Positions 1-11,096 of a stretch of 64,000 nucleotides of DNA are shown piece by piece. The notes below the pieces were generated by a model, which saw only the letters and a list, made by a program, of their open reading frames with translations, had not been told where the DNA came from and ran no database searches. The stretch comes from an uncultured Gammaproteobacteria bacterium. Its GTDB lineage: Bacteria > Patescibacteriota > Microgenomatia > Levybacterales > GWA1-39-11. The stretch covers positions 246,572 to 310,571 of the forward strand of contig CAYVFE010000001.1 in assembly GCA_964450885.1 (NCBI GenBank), written 5' to 3'. The position numbers and the translations under genes are program-made. Position 1 is the first letter of the stretch, and every line of letters begins with the position of its first letter.

Positions 1-568
1 CTGATGAAACTTGCCCGAAATTCGTATATTGACCATCCAGATGCGGCGCATCAGTTTTTGTTATAAAAAATTGAGAAGCATTTGAGATCTGAATATTTCC
101 CCCTCGAGCTATCCCTACAGACCCGCGTATAAACGGATTGTTATTAAGTTCTGTCGGCATCTGTCCTCCACCTGTCCCATTTCCAGACGGATCTCCACCT
201 TGAACTACCCAGTCTTCGACTCGATGAAATGTTAGGTTGTCATAAAAATTATTTGCAGACTTATTAGCAAAATTTGCGACAGTATTTGGTGCAGCCTCAG
301 GAAAAAGTTCAATGACTATCTCACCTTGGGTGGTTGTGATAGTCGCAGTCGATGCAGCTGGAATTTGTTGGGCCTGTTGAGCTTCTTGGGCTTGTTCTCC
401 TAGTATTTGATCTTGTGAAGTTATAGAGTTGGAAGAAGTAATTAGGGGCGTTGGGGTCGGTATTTGAGTCAGGTCAAGCTCTTTTTCCTGATTATTTTTC
501 GTAAGATAGATGCTGAGAATTGCTGCCCCCAGTAAAAGTCCTATTATTATGTATGAGTAGTTTTTCAT
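1..568 (-). CDS. Cyclophilin-type peptidyl-prolyl isomerase with N-terminal membrane anchor (3' end runs off the window)
   Basis: Not in the ORF track. Manual translation from ATG at 568 gives a hydrophobic N-terminus, then FHRVEDWVVQGGDPSGNGTGGG and DAPHLDGQYTNFGQV cyclophilin motifs. Confidence 0.9.
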   Translation of the reverse strand, partial: MKNYSYIIIGLLLGAAILSIYLTKNNQEKELDLTQIPTPTPLITSSNSITSQDQILGEQAQEAQQAQQIPAASTATITTTQGEIVIELFPEAAPNTVANFANKSANNFYDNLTFHRVEDWVVQGGDPSGNGTGGGQMPTELNNNPFIRGSVGIARGGNIQISNASQFFITKTDAPHLDGQYTNFGQVSS

Positions 569-590
569 CGTTTTAGCTTATTATAGAGAC

Positions 591-1688
591 CTATTCTATA
601 ACGGTCAATTGCTTGCGCGATTGTGTTAAGACTTCGAATCCATCCTCAGTCAGTAAAATATCGTCTTCGATCCTTACACCACCGACTCCTGGTATATATA
701 TGCCAGGTTCTATGGTTATCACAATGCCTTTTTTTAGAGGATTTCCCTGTGTATATTTTGAGATGCTTGGTAATTCATGAACTTGAAGACCAACACCATG
801 TCCAAGAGAGTGAGGAATCTGCGGGTACCCATTTTGCTCTATGTGACTTTCTGCAATTTCATGCAGATGAGAGGCCTGGAATGATTTATCTTGCCACTCT
901 TGCAGCTTTGCTATAGCTACTTCTTGGGATTCAAGTACAGTTCTATACATTTTCTTCTCCTCCTCGCTGGGGTTGCCAAAATATACAGTCCTGCTCATGT
1001 CTGCACAATAGCCCTCAAATTTTGCTCCAAAATCCAATAGAACAAAAGAATCTCGTTTTAGGACAGTATCATCAGATATGTGATGTGGGACAGCCGCATT
1101 TTTCCCAAAAGCAACAATAGGTCTAAATGCATTTCCGCCAAATTGATTAAAGTAAAATTCGATTCCAGAAGCTATTTCACGTTCTGTCACTCCTGCCGCG
1201 ATTTTATCTAGCACTCCTTCATAGCACACATCTGTTATCTCGCAGGCTTTTTTAATTCTTTCTATTTCGTCATCTTTTTTGATTTGCCTTTCATCTTCTA
1301 TGAAGTCTTCAAGTGGTATCAGTTCTACTCCAGCCAGTGCATCATGAAGATGTTCAAATTCTTTGTATAGCAGGTTTTGTTCTTCAAATCCGACCGATTT
1401 GATATTTTCCCTCGTACATATTGCAAGAAGATTTTTATATAGCCCTTTTGCTGCTGTAATTTCGATATACGTGAAGCCGTCGGTTTTTTCCTGAATGCTC
1501 ATCAGAAACATTTTTGGCGCCAGAAGGTATGCGTTGTCTTTAGTGATAAAGATATAAAACTCTCTCTCCTCGACATTAGAAGGAAAAAGATTTGTCAGAT
1601 ACGAAATATTATAAGGTGAGGTGATGTAGAGTGCATCAATTCTGTCTCGTGAAATCTTTTGTTTTGTTTTCCGGATCCTGTCTTCCAT
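591..1688 (-). CDS. pepP: Xaa-Pro aminopeptidase (M24 family)
   Basis: DFGAKFEGYCADMSRT, HSLGHGVGLQVHE, TIEPGIY and GGVRIEDD metal-site motifs. Confidence 0.9.
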   Translation of the reverse strand: MEDRIRKTKQKISRDRIDALYITSPYNISYLTNLFPSNVEEREFYIFITKDNAYLLAPKMFLMSIQEKTDGFTYIEITAAKGLYKNLLAICTRENIKSVGFEEQNLLYKEFEHLHDALAGVELIPLEDFIEDERQIKKDDEIERIKKACEITDVCYEGVLDKIAAGVTEREIASGIEFYFNQFGGNAFRPIVAFGKNAAVPHHISDDTVLKRDSFVLLDFGAKFEGYCADMSRTVYFGNPSEEEKKMYRTVLESQEVAIAKLQEWQDKSFQASHLHEIAESHIEQNGYPQIPHSLGHGVGLQVHELPSISKYTQGNPLKKGIVITIEPGIYIPGVGGVRIEDDILLTEDGFEVLTQSRKQLTVIE

Positions 1689-1707
1689 TACAAGATATTA
1701 TATCAGC

Positions 1708-1736
1708 TTGACAGTTTTTTCATTTTTTCTTACAAT
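1708..1736 (+). promoter_or_regulatory. Sigma70-type promoter of guaB (leaderless)
   Basis: TTGACA-N17-TACAAT ending 5 nt before the ATG at 1742. Confidence 0.8.
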
Positions 1737-1741
1737 ATGCT

Positions 1742-2890
1742 ATGGAAACCACATCATCTTTTTCCCAAGGTTTGACCTACGATGACATCCTGCTTCTTCC
1801 CGGATATACTGATTTTTCCCGCGACGATATCTCGATAAAAACGAAAATTTCTAAAAATATAGAGATAGATATTCCTTTAGTGTCATCTCCTATGGATACT
1901 GTTTCTGGATCAAGGCTCGCGATAGCACTTGCTAAGATCGGTGGGATAGGAATAATACATAGAAATCTTTCAGTTGAGAGTCAGGCAGAGGAGGTTGCGA
2001 AAGTAAAAAAAGAGAATCTTCTGGTTGGAGCTGCAGTTGGAGTGTCGGAGGGTTATAAGATTAGGCTTGAAGCACTATTAAAATCTGGAGTAGATGTTGT
2101 AGTTTTAGACTCTGCACATGGGTGGACCAATAAGTTCATGGATGCATTGCGTTTTGTAAAAAATAACTACAAGGATCTTGATGTCATAGTTGGAAATATT
2201 GCGACAGAAGATGCGGCGATAGATTTTTGCAAGAATGGTGCAGATGGGCTCAGAGTTGGCATGGGTCCTGGTGCTATCTGTACGACTCGTATAGTGTCAG
2301 GTATGGGAGTTCCGCAAGCAACCGCAATAAGCAAAACAGTAAAAGCTGCAAAAAAATATGATGTTCCAGTGATAGCAGATGGAGGAATAAAGTCTTCAGG
2401 AGATATAGTAAAGGCTTTAGCGCTTGGAGCATCATCTGTTATGATGGGAAATTATTTTGCTCAAACGATAGAATCACCTGGAGAAGTTTTTGATCTAAAA
2501 CGTGAAGAAGTCCCCAGCCGTTTCCAAAGTATATTTGATAACAATAAAAACAAAACTTTTAAGTTCAAAGCATATCGTGGAATGGGGTCTGAGGGTGCTA
2601 TGTCGGATGGAGCAAAAATAAAAGCTGAGGATGAATTCCATGGAAAATCATACAAAGATAAGGTTTTGGTCGCAGAAGGGGTCGAGGGGATGGTTCCTGT
2701 GAGAGGAAGCGTAAAAGAAGTAGTGGAGCAGTCTTTAGGAGGTATCAAATCGGGGATGTTTTATATCGGCGCAAAAAGTATTTTAGAATTACAAAAAAAA
2801 GCACGCTTTATCCAAATTACTCAAGCATCCCTTACAGAGTCACATCCTCATGGAATGATAGTCAGCAATACTGGTAAGTCGTATCAATAA
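1742..2890 (+). CDS. guaB: IMP dehydrogenase / GMP reductase family, CBS-less
   Basis: SSPMDTV, GMGPGAICTTR catalytic Cys loop, ADGGI, YRGMGS, AEGVEG; adjacent to guaA. Confidence 0.85.
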   Translation: METTSSFSQGLTYDDILLLPGYTDFSRDDISIKTKISKNIEIDIPLVSSPMDTVSGSRLAIALAKIGGIGIIHRNLSVESQAEEVAKVKKENLLVGAAVGVSEGYKIRLEALLKSGVDVVVLDSAHGWTNKFMDALRFVKNNYKDLDVIVGNIATEDAAIDFCKNGADGLRVGMGPGAICTTRIVSGMGVPQATAISKTVKAAKKYDVPVIADGGIKSSGDIVKALALGASSVMMGNYFAQTIESPGEVFDLKREEVPSRFQSIFDNNKNKTFKFKAYRGMGSEGAMSDGAKIKAEDEFHGKSYKDKVLVAEGVEGMVPVRGSVKEVVEQSLGGIKSGMFYIGAKSILELQKKARFIQITQASLTESHPHGMIVSNTGKSYQ

Positions 2891-4423
2891 ATGATAATAG
2901 TTGTCGATTTCGGTTCTCAGACCTCGCACCTTATTGCACGAAGGATCAAGGAATACGGTGCAAGCTCCGAGATGGTTACTCCTCAAAAAGCGTTGCGTAC
3001 TATTATGCTCAAAGAACCAAGCGGAATCATCCTTTCGGGAGGTCCGGCATCCGTATATGAGACTGGTGCTCCACAGATCGAGAAAGAAATCTTTGACTTG
3101 GGGATTCCGATGCTCGGGATATGTTATGGTATGCAGCTTATGAGCAAAATTCATGGCGGCAGGGTTATATCAGGAAAAAAAGAATATGGACCAGCAAGTC
3201 TTAGTTTGAAATCCAGCACAAAGGAGCTTGCTATAGGAAAAGCATTGCCAGAAAAATTTACCGTTTGGATGAGTCATGGCGATGAAGTAAAAAAGCCATT
3301 CAAAGGCGCAAAGGTGCTAGGGTCGACCTTAGACGTCCCGTACGCATTTGTAGGAGATGTAAAAAGAAAACTTTATGGTGTGCAGTTTCATCCTGAGGTA
3401 GAGCATACCGAGAACGGCGATACGATACTAAAAAATTTTATGTCTGTGGCTGGCGAAAATGTGTCTCATGTTCCACTGTCTATCCCCAGTCTTATAAAAG
3501 ACATAAAGAAAAAAGTCGGTGATAATTATGTGATAGGTGCCTTATCTGGAGGGGTTGATTCAACTGTTGCATCTGTCCTTATGGCACAAGCTATCGGAGA
3601 GCGTTTTATTCCGGTTTATGTAGATACCGGGCTTATGCGTTATGACACTGACGATCATATCGAAAAAATATTTTCGCATCTTAAAGCAAAGCCTGTAACC
3701 ATAAAAGTAAAGACAGAGATGCTAAGAAGGCTCAAAGGATTAACTGACCCAGAGAAGAAAAGAAAAGTTATAGGAAAAATGTTCATAGACACTTTTGACT
3801 CGGAGGTAAAAAAACTTGCGAAAGAGGGAAAAGACATAAGATTTCTGATGCAGGGAACGATTTATAGCGATGTTATAGAAAGTAGAGGTACGAAGCATTC
3901 TGCGAATATAAAATCACATCATAACGTAGGAGGCCTTCCGAAGAAAATGAACTTAAAGCTGGTCGAGCCAGTAAGGTCATTTTATAAAGACGAAGTTAGA
4001 AAGCTGGGTGCTATGCTGGGACTTCCGCATGAATTTGTCATGAAGCAGCCATTTCCGGGACCAGGATATGGAGTGAGGATTCGTGGCGAGGTGACCCGTG
4101 AAAGACTCGCTTCTGAAATAAAGGCAGACGAGATAGTTATGGAAGAGCTTGAGAAGGCAAAAGTGCTGGACAAGGTATTTATTTCCTTTCCTGTCATGAC
4201 CGGCGCATATTCTACCGCTGTAAAAGGTGATGGTAGGCATTTTGGAGAGGTGGTAGCGCTTCGGATTGTAGAAAGTACTGATGTTATGACTGCTACTTGG
4301 GCACGTCTTCCATATGACGTGTTGCAAAAGATTTCATCAAGAATAGTAAATGAAATTCCTGAAATTTCCCGTGTAGTATACGATATCTCCACAAAGCCCC
4401 CAGCCACTATGGAATGGGAGTAG
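2891..4423 (+). CDS. guaA: GMP synthase (glutamine-hydrolysing)
   Basis: GICYGMQ and FHPE amidotransferase triad, LSGGVDS PP-loop, IKSHHNVGGLP, C-terminal KPPATMEWE. Confidence 0.97.
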   Translation: MIIVVDFGSQTSHLIARRIKEYGASSEMVTPQKALRTIMLKEPSGIILSGGPASVYETGAPQIEKEIFDLGIPMLGICYGMQLMSKIHGGRVISGKKEYGPASLSLKSSTKELAIGKALPEKFTVWMSHGDEVKKPFKGAKVLGSTLDVPYAFVGDVKRKLYGVQFHPEVEHTENGDTILKNFMSVAGENVSHVPLSIPSLIKDIKKKVGDNYVIGALSGGVDSTVASVLMAQAIGERFIPVYVDTGLMRYDTDDHIEKIFSHLKAKPVTIKVKTEMLRRLKGLTDPEKKRKVIGKMFIDTFDSEVKKLAKEGKDIRFLMQGTIYSDVIESRGTKHSANIKSHHNVGGLPKKMNLKLVEPVRSFYKDEVRKLGAMLGLPHEFVMKQPFPGPGYGVRIRGEVTRERLASEIKADEIVMEELEKAKVLDKVFISFPVMTGAYSTAVKGDGRHFGEVVALRIVESTDVMTATWARLPYDVLQKISSRIVNEIPEISRVVYDISTKPPATMEWE

Positions 4424-5039
4424 GATCGGGAGCAAAGAAAGAATGGTCTGGATGATGTTCTTGCCAGGCGCTCGATAATTTTTGTAGATCATCTTTAATC
4501 TTTAGCCATTCTTCTGTTTGTGAAGTATTCACATTTTGGCGGATGCTTGAAAAGAGGGTATCGAAAGCGACGTGTCCACTTGACTGTCCATGCAGGATAA
4601 ATTTTCTAAAAAAACTTGCATGTGGGTCGTTTTGTGAGTCTGGAACAACTAAATTCTCTTGGTTTCTATTTGGCCTTCCTTCATCTTCGAGATATTTCAA
4701 ATCTCTCCTAATTATCCCTTCGGCTATATCTTCTTCGAGATTTCCATTATAGTTTCCATCAGCACGATTCAAATAATCCCACATTTTATCAAGGGATCCT
4801 TTAACTGTATCATCCTCAACGTGATTCTTTCCTGGATATGTAATAGATGTGATAAATGAACGTGTATCCTCGGTTACTTGGTTTTTATCTATATATCTAT
4901 TTTTTACTAGCCACGAAAACAACTTGTCTTGTACGTCCATAGATCCTTGTGAATATCGAAATGACAGGTAAAATAATTGCTTTAAGTCTTTTTGCTCATT
5001 GGATGGTGGAGCTGTTTGTATTTCAGGCGAATCTTCCAT
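4407..5039 (-). CDS. Hypothetical protein
   Basis: 210-aa ORF filling the guaA-fusA gap; TATAAT 6 nt upstream of ATG; no recognised motif. Confidence 0.7.
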   Translation of the reverse strand: MEDSPEIQTAPPSNEQKDLKQLFYLSFRYSQGSMDVQDKLFSWLVKNRYIDKNQVTEDTRSFITSITYPGKNHVEDDTVKGSLDKMWDYLNRADGNYNGNLEEDIAEGIIRRDLKYLEDEGRPNRNQENLVVPDSQNDPHASFFRKFILHGQSSGHVAFDTLFSSIRQNVNTSQTEEWLKIKDDLQKLSSAWQEHHPDHSFFAPDPTPIP

Positions 5040-5163
5040 TATTCCATTATAGTATACCCTACTTAAAAAAAATTGAAGATGTGTCTTTATTTTTACACTC
5101 CAATTTGTTATACTTATTCGAACCTAAATTTGGGTTCTTTTTTTGTTAAAAAAATAATTTAAT

Positions 5164-7281
5164 ATGGCTGAAACAGTTGTTACAAAAGACAGGAATGTCG
5201 CACTAGATAAAATCCGAAATTTCGGAATTATCGCTCATATCGACGCAGGAAAAACTACCACTTCTGAGCGTATTCTTTATTACACTGGAAAATCTTACAA
5301 AATAGGAGAGGTTCATGAGGGAGCCGCTACTATGGACTGGATGGATCAGGAGCGCGAGCGTGGTATTACCATAGTGTCCGCTGCCACCACTACTTTCTGG
5401 AAAGATTGCAGATTTAATCTTATCGACACCCCCGGTCATGTAGACTTTACAGCTGAAGTAGAAAGATCACTTAGAGTTCTTGATGGAGCTATTACAGTTC
5501 TCGATGCTGAAGAAGGCGTGCAGTCGCAGTCTGAGACAGTATGGCGTCAAGCTGATAAGTATAAAGTACCTAGAATCTGCTTTGTGAACAAAATGGATAA
5601 ATTAGGCGCTGACTATGAAAAAACAATTCAGTCGGTAGTAGATAGACTGGGCGCGAATCCTATAACGATAGGTCTTCCGATCGGAGCAGAAAATGACTTC
5701 AAAGGAATTTATCACGTCCTTGATCAGAAATCATATATCTGGTCAGGAGAAGAATTGGGTGCGAAATTTGAAGTGCTTGACGAGGTTCCGGAAGGAATGG
5801 AAGAGATGGTTAAAAAATACCGCGAACAAATGATTGAAAAAATCGCAGAAACAGATGATGTACTACTCGATAAATACCTAAATGGTGACGAGATTTCCTA
5901 TGATGAGTTAAAGCTGGCACTCCGAGCTGCAACTATCGCATATAAAGTGGTTCCAGTATTTGCGGGAACATCACTAAGAAATAAAGGTGTGCAGCCACTT
6001 CTGGATGCGGTTATCGATTTTCTTCCTTCTCCTATGGATCTTAAGACTGTAACCGGCACGAATCCAAAAACAGGAGATGAGGAGATTCGAAACCTAACTA
6101 CGGATGAGTCATTTACTGGTTTTGCTTTTAAGGTTCAGGTAGATCCACATGTCGGAAAGATAACCTATGTGAGGATCTATTCTGGAAAACTATCCTCTGG
6201 AAGTTATGCATATAACTCTACAAAAGACGTCAAGGAGCGTGTGGGGAGACTTCTTCTGATGCATGCGAATCAACGTGAGGAGATAAAAGAAGCTTATGCT
6301 GGAGAAATCGTAGCCGTTGTAGGTTTCAAAGACACCATAACAGGAGATACCCTTTGTGAAGAGAGTAAGCCAATACTTCTTCAACAAATAACTTTCCAGG
6401 ATCCTGTCATATCCCTTGCTATAGAGCCAAAGACTAAATCTGATCAGGAAAAACTGGGTGCTGCTATGAAAAGACTTCAAGAAGAAGATCCTACATTTAC
6501 CGTTAAGATGAATCACGAGACAGGACAGACAATCATGTCTGGTGTCGGAGAGCTGCAGCTTGAAATCATGGTAGACCGTATGAAAAGAGAAATGGGAGTC
6601 GAGGCAAATGTCGGAGCTCCACAAGTTGCATATAAAGAAACTATCAAAAATCCTGCTGATGCAGAAGCAAAGTACATAAAGCAGACTGGAGGACGCGGAC
6701 AATATGGCCATTGTCTTATCAAGATGGAGCCACTTCCACGCGGTGAGGGATTTGAATTCGTGAATGCGATAAAAGGAGGAGCGATCCCACAAGAATTTAT
6801 TCCATCCGTTGAAAAAGGTGTACGTGAAGCGATGGAGCGTGGAGTATTACTTGGATATCCAGTAGTAGATTTCAAAGTTACACTTTATGATGGAACTTAT
6901 CACGATGTCGACTCGTCAGATATTGCATTTAAGATTGCGGGATCACAAGCATTCCAGCAGGGTGCGAAAAAGGCAGAGCTAACACTTCTTGAGCCTATCA
7001 TGAAGGTAGAGGTTACAACTCCTGAGGAATTCATGGGGGACGTTATCGGAGATTTGTCTGCAAAGCGTGCGCAGATACAAGGAACAGAGGAAAGAGGGAA
7101 CAGCAGAATAGTTCTTGCTCAAGTGCCTCTAGCAGAGCTTTCGGGATATGCTACAACGCTTCGTTCTCTTACTCAGGGAAGGGCGAATCCATATATGGAG
7201 CCAAGTCATTATGACGAGGTTCCTAAAAATATCCAGGAACAAATGCTTGCAAAAACCAACTTCGTGGCGAGAGTCGAATAA
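5164..7281 (+). CDS. fusA: Elongation factor G
   Basis: [42 protein letters not shown]. Confidence 0.99.
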   Translation: MAETVVTKDRNVALDKIRNFGIIAHIDAGKTTTSERILYYTGKSYKIGEVHEGAATMDWMDQERERGITIVSAATTTFWKDCRFNLIDTPGHVDFTAEVERSLRVLDGAITVLDAEEGVQSQSETVWRQADKYKVPRICFVNKMDKLGADYEKTIQSVVDRLGANPITIGLPIGAENDFKGIYHVLDQKSYIWSGEELGAKFEVLDEVPEGMEEMVKKYREQMIEKIAETDDVLLDKYLNGDEISYDELKLALRAATIAYKVVPVFAGTSLRNKGVQPLLDAVIDFLPSPMDLKTVTGTNPKTGDEEIRNLTTDESFTGFAFKVQVDPHVGKITYVRIYSGKLSSGSYAYNSTKDVKERVGRLLLMHANQREEIKEAYAGEIVAVVGFKDTITGDTLCEESKPILLQQITFQDPVISLAIEPKTKSDQEKLGAAMKRLQEEDPTFTVKMNHETGQTIMSGVGELQLEIMVDRMKREMGVEANVGAPQVAYKETIKNPADAEAKYIKQTGGRGQYGHCLIKMEPLPRGEGFEFVNAIKGGAIPQEFIPSVEKGVREAMERGVLLGYPVVDFKVTLYDGTYHDVDSSDIAFKIAGSQAFQQGAKKAELTLLEPIMKVEVTTPEEFMGDVIGDLSAKRAQIQGTEERGNSRIVLAQVPLAELSGYATTLRSLTQGRANPYMEPSHYDEVPKNIQEQMLAKTNFVARVE

Positions 7282-7313
7282 AAGTATTAAACTTTTAAAT
7301 ATATAATGGCCTT

Positions 7314-8120
7314 ATGGCAGATTCTTCAAAAAGTTATAAGCTGATAATTTCTGATTTTGATGGGACACTAGCTGGGGCTGACCATCAGATTTCCGATAAA
7401 GTAAAAGATGCTATCCATAGGTGGATGAGCGCTGGAAATCTATTCACTGTTGCTTCGGGTAGACAATTTGAGATGATAGGATACGACTGTCGGGATTTAA
7501 ATATAAAAACACCATTTATAGTAAGAGGAGGAGCAGAAATCGTTGATCCGATTACCCGCGAAATACTCTTTTCAGAACATATAGATAAAAAAACCACAAA
7601 GGATTTTATAAATCTTATGATGAGTACTAAATACAGGTTATTTGTTGAGGTCGGCGACTCATTTTATGCAAACTACGACTATGATCTTTCATACTATCCG
7701 TCACTTAAAAAACTCTCAATAAAAGATATTCCATATGTTGGCAGTCCCAAGATAAATGTGAGAGCTAGAAGCAATGAGGTGGAGGAACTCGAGAAATTTA
7801 TGAAAAAAAATGTAATACCTAAATTCCCTCAGCTCTCTATGATAAGAAGCTACAATGCTTTGGGAATGTCATGGGATATCACATCCATAAAAGCGACGAA
7901 GCATCTTGCAATTCTAAATCTTATGAAGATTTTGAATATTGATGTAAGTAGAACTATAGGAATTGGAGATGGATACAATGATTTCCCTTTACTTGAAGCT
8001 GTAGGGTTTAAAGTAGCTATGGGAAATGCAAACGATGAGCTAAAAGAAATCGCAGATATGACAGTCCCGTCACTTGACGATGATGGAGTGGCGTATTTGA
8101 TAGACAAACTGCTAGAATAA
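7314..8120 (+). CDS. Cof-type HAD-IIB phosphatase
   Basis: DFDGTL, ASGR, GDGYND and AMGNA HAD motifs. Confidence 0.9.
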   Translation: MADSSKSYKLIISDFDGTLAGADHQISDKVKDAIHRWMSAGNLFTVASGRQFEMIGYDCRDLNIKTPFIVRGGAEIVDPITREILFSEHIDKKTTKDFINLMMSTKYRLFVEVGDSFYANYDYDLSYYPSLKKLSIKDIPYVGSPKINVRARSNEVEELEKFMKKNVIPKFPQLSMIRSYNALGMSWDITSIKATKHLAILNLMKILNIDVSRTIGIGDGYNDFPLLEAVGFKVAMGNANDELKEIADMTVPSLDDDGVAYLIDKLLE

Positions 8121-8128
8121 ATCCAAAT

Positions 8129-9313
8129 ATGGCAAGAGTTAAGATATCAGAGTTCAGGGCAAAAAACATTCTATATAAATCACTAAATAGAGATTATTCA
8201 GGAATAGAAGTTGATTCGCAAAAGGATCTGGATCAGCAAGTTTCGAATCTAGATTCCAGCAAGAAATATGTTTTAAAAGTAGACCAAGGGGTAAAGCAGA
8301 GAAATAAAAAAGGGCTAGTTGTGCTTAATATAGGCAAGGAGAATGTAGTAGATAAAATAAAAGAATTATCCCAAAAAGGATATACGCAGTTTTTACTCGA
8401 AGAATTTTTAGAGCATGATAGTGACACCGAAAAATATCTTGCGATAGAAAGGATTCGTGAAGGAAAAAAAATATATTACTCGACTTCTGGAGGAGTTGAT
8501 ATAGAGGAAAATAAAGATAGAGTTAAAAGTCTCACGATAGAAAACTACGATCAGATAGGAGAAGTATCAAAAGAGCTAGGAATGAATATAGAGGTTTTTG
8601 ATGGGATACTAAATGTCTTTGATGATAATTATTTTTCCTTTCTCGAGATAAATCCATTAGTTGTTAAAGATGGAGATTGCTATTTTCTAGATGCTGCTGT
8701 GCAAGTTGATAGTGCTGCAGAGTTTTTTATAAATGGGGGATGGGGGGCTGACGACTTTCGTGAGAGTCTTTCACGCGATAAGACGAAGGAGGAAAGAGAG
8801 ATAGAAAGACTTAGAGAGAAAAGTCCTGCATCTTTTAGCTACGAAATACTAAATCCAAATGGGTCGATATTTCTACTCTTATCTGGAGGTGGAGCATCGC
8901 TCGTTACTGCTGACGAGATCTATCAGCAGGGAAAGGGAGAAGAGATGGCAAATTATGGAGAGTATAGTGGAAATCCAAACACTCAGGAGACTTATATTTA
9001 TACAAAAAATTTACTTGCTACTCTACTCCATTCTAATTCATCTAGAAAAGCCATAATAATTTCGGGAGGCGTTGCGAATTTTACCGATATAAGAAGTACA
9101 TTCAAAGGGCTTATAAGGGCTATGTCAGAGAGCGCGCAAAAACTGCGCGAAAACAAAGTTAAGGTTTTTGTTAGGCGGGGGGGGCCTTTTCAGGAAGAAG
9201 GACTCAGGATCATGGGGGAATTTTTAGAAAAAGAAGAACTATTAGGAGTAGTTAGTGGGCCTGATATGATCCTTACAGACATCGTAAAACCTGCAATCGA
9301 ATACGTATCTTAA
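8129..9313 (+). CDS. aclB: ATP-citrate lyase beta subunit (ATP-grasp + citrate binding)
   Basis: LEINPL, SGGGASL, ANYGEYSGNP, GGVANFTD, VRRGGP. Confidence 0.9.
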   Translation: MARVKISEFRAKNILYKSLNRDYSGIEVDSQKDLDQQVSNLDSSKKYVLKVDQGVKQRNKKGLVVLNIGKENVVDKIKELSQKGYTQFLLEEFLEHDSDTEKYLAIERIREGKKIYYSTSGGVDIEENKDRVKSLTIENYDQIGEVSKELGMNIEVFDGILNVFDDNYFSFLEINPLVVKDGDCYFLDAAVQVDSAAEFFINGGWGADDFRESLSRDKTKEEREIERLREKSPASFSYEILNPNGSIFLLLSGGGASLVTADEIYQQGKGEEMANYGEYSGNPNTQETYIYTKNLLATLLHSNSSRKAIIISGGVANFTDIRSTFKGLIRAMSESAQKLRENKVKVFVRRGGPFQEEGLRIMGEFLEKEELLGVVSGPDMILTDIVKPAIEYVS

Positions 9314-9314
9314 T

Positions 9315-11096
9315 ATGAATATCGAAAAGTTAAAAAATATAGAAGCAAAAATAATCGTTATCGGAAATCATCCTGCGATCATACAGTCTATTTTGGATTT
9401 TGATAATATTTCTGGCAAAAAATTCCCAAGCATCGTAGGAATAATTGCTACCGGCAGAAATTATCAAAGATTTTTTTATGGTAAAAAGGAAATCTTGATT
9501 CCGATTTTTAGTTCTGTAGAAAGGTTGCCAGGCAGTGTAAAAGAAAATGTAAATGTGTTTGTAAACGTTAGCTCCGGAAGAAGGGTTTTACAGTCATCGA
9601 TAGAGGCGATAGACAATCTACCGAATTTGGTTATCGGAACAATTTTTGCAGAAAACGTTCCCGAAAAACATGCGATAGATTTAGGCGAATTCGCGAAGAT
9701 AAAAAATATAGTTCTTATCGGTCCTGCTAGCGTGGGAATGGTTTTGCCGGAAGTATTTAAATTAGGTGCGATAGGAGGAGTAAATCTACCACAAATCGAA
9801 ACCTCGGGGATTTTAAATAAGGGTGGGATTGCAGTTCTTTCTGCATCTGGCGGGATGGTAAACGAAATAATAAATATAGTCGCTCAAAGTCATAACAGCA
9901 TCTCCTTTGCACTTTCATTTGGAGGCGATAGATTCCCATTGTTAGAACCTGTTGACGCCTTACTTGCTGCAGAACATGATGAACAAACCAAAGCTATAGT
10001 ATATTATGGAGAGCTTGGTGGTGAAGACGAATACAAGATCGCAGAACTTTTGAAATCCGGTGAGTTTTCTAAAAAGGTTATTTGTTATGTAGCTGGAAGC
10101 GTTTCGGATCTTTTTGACACTCCCCCACAATTCGGTCATGCGAAAGCTATGGCAGGGAGCAAAGAAGAAAGCGCAACAGCAAAAAGAAAAGCGCTTCGTG
10201 ATGCTGGGGCAGTCGTGCCGGATACTTTTTCGGAGTTTGTCGGAGCTATAAATTCGTTGGAAGACTATGGAAGTAGTAGAACTCATGATAAAATAGAAAA
10301 TATGGATGACAGACGCCACGCTCTTATCGCATCAACCATCTCAAAGGACGAAGATGGAGATGTTAAAGTTTTGGGAGAAGATTTGATAAGCTTTGCAAAG
10401 ACAAATTCGTTTGCAAAAATCGCCAGCTCCCTTTTTCTAGGGAAGAAAATAAGCTCAAGTGACACGGAAGAACTCGTCGATTTTATTCTAAAAGTAAGCG
10501 TTGATCATGGGCCATATGTTTCAGGTGCACTAAATACTATAGTGTCAGCTCGCGCTGGTAAAGACCTGGTTTCATCACTCTCATCAGGACTTCTTACCAT
10601 AGGCCCGAGATTCGGTGGAGCCTTGAATCAGGCTGCGGATAACTGGTTTGAAGGGGTACGTAGCGGGAAAGATGCGCACGATTTTGTTGAGGAATTTGCG
10701 CAAAAGAAAGAATATATCCAGGGAATCGGACATAAAAAATATAGGGTAGACATGCCCGACCCTAGAGTAGCAGAGTTAAAGCACTTCGTAGATAGACTCG
10801 ATAGTAAAAGATTCACAAATTTTGCTCTGGAGGTTGAAAAAATAACGACAGAAAAGAAAGGTAATCTTATTTTAAATGTCGATGGCATGATAGCGGCTGT
10901 GCTTCTGGATTATCTGTCAGAGAAAGAAGGATATAGCGATGACGAGTTAAGAAAATTGATCGATGCAGAATTTTTTAATGCACTATTTGTTCTCTCTAGA
11001 AGCGTGGGATTTATCGCACATTTTCTGGACCAAAAGAGGCTTGATGAAGGACTTCTTCGACTAAGCGAGGAAGATGTGGCTGATGCAAATATATAA
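9315..11096 (+). CDS. aclA: ATP-citrate lyase alpha subunit (CoA-binding + citryl-CoA lyase)
   Basis: IGPASVG, SGGM, GGDRFP, GELGG, QFGHA phospho-His, DHGP, IGPRFGGA, GIGH, LNVDG. Confidence 0.92.
   Translation: MNIEKLKNIEAKIIVIGNHPAIIQSILDFDNISGKKFPSIVGIIATGRNYQRFFYGKKEILIPIFSSVERLPGSVKENVNVFVNVSSGRRVLQSSIEAIDNLPNLVIGTIFAENVPEKHAIDLGEFAKIKNIVLIGPASVGMVLPEVFKLGAIGGVNLPQIETSGILNKGGIAVLSASGGMVNEIINIVAQSHNSISFALSFGGDRFPLLEPVDALLAAEHDEQTKAIVYYGELGGEDEYKIAELLKSGEFSKKVICYVAGSVSDLFDTPPQFGHAKAMAGSKEESATAKRKALRDAGAVVPDTFSEFVGAINSLEDYGSSRTHDKIENMDDRRHALIASTISKDEDGDVKVLGEDLISFAKTNSFAKIASSLFLGKKISSSDTEELVDFILKVSVDHGPYVSGALNTIVSARAGKDLVSSLSSGLLTIGPRFGGALNQAADNWFEGVRSGKDAHDFVEEFAQKKEYIQGIGHKKYRVDMPDPRVAELKHFVDRLDSKRFTNFALEVEKITTEKKGNLILNVDGMIAAVLLDYLSEKEGYSDDELRKLIDAEFFNALFVLSRSVGFIAHFLDQKRLDEGLLRLSEEDVADANI

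Noticed and set aside
8129-11096. Succinyl-CoA synthetase or citrate synthase annotation
   Set aside because: ACL-specific citrate-binding motifs and the fused citryl-CoA lyase domain fit ATP-citrate lyase better
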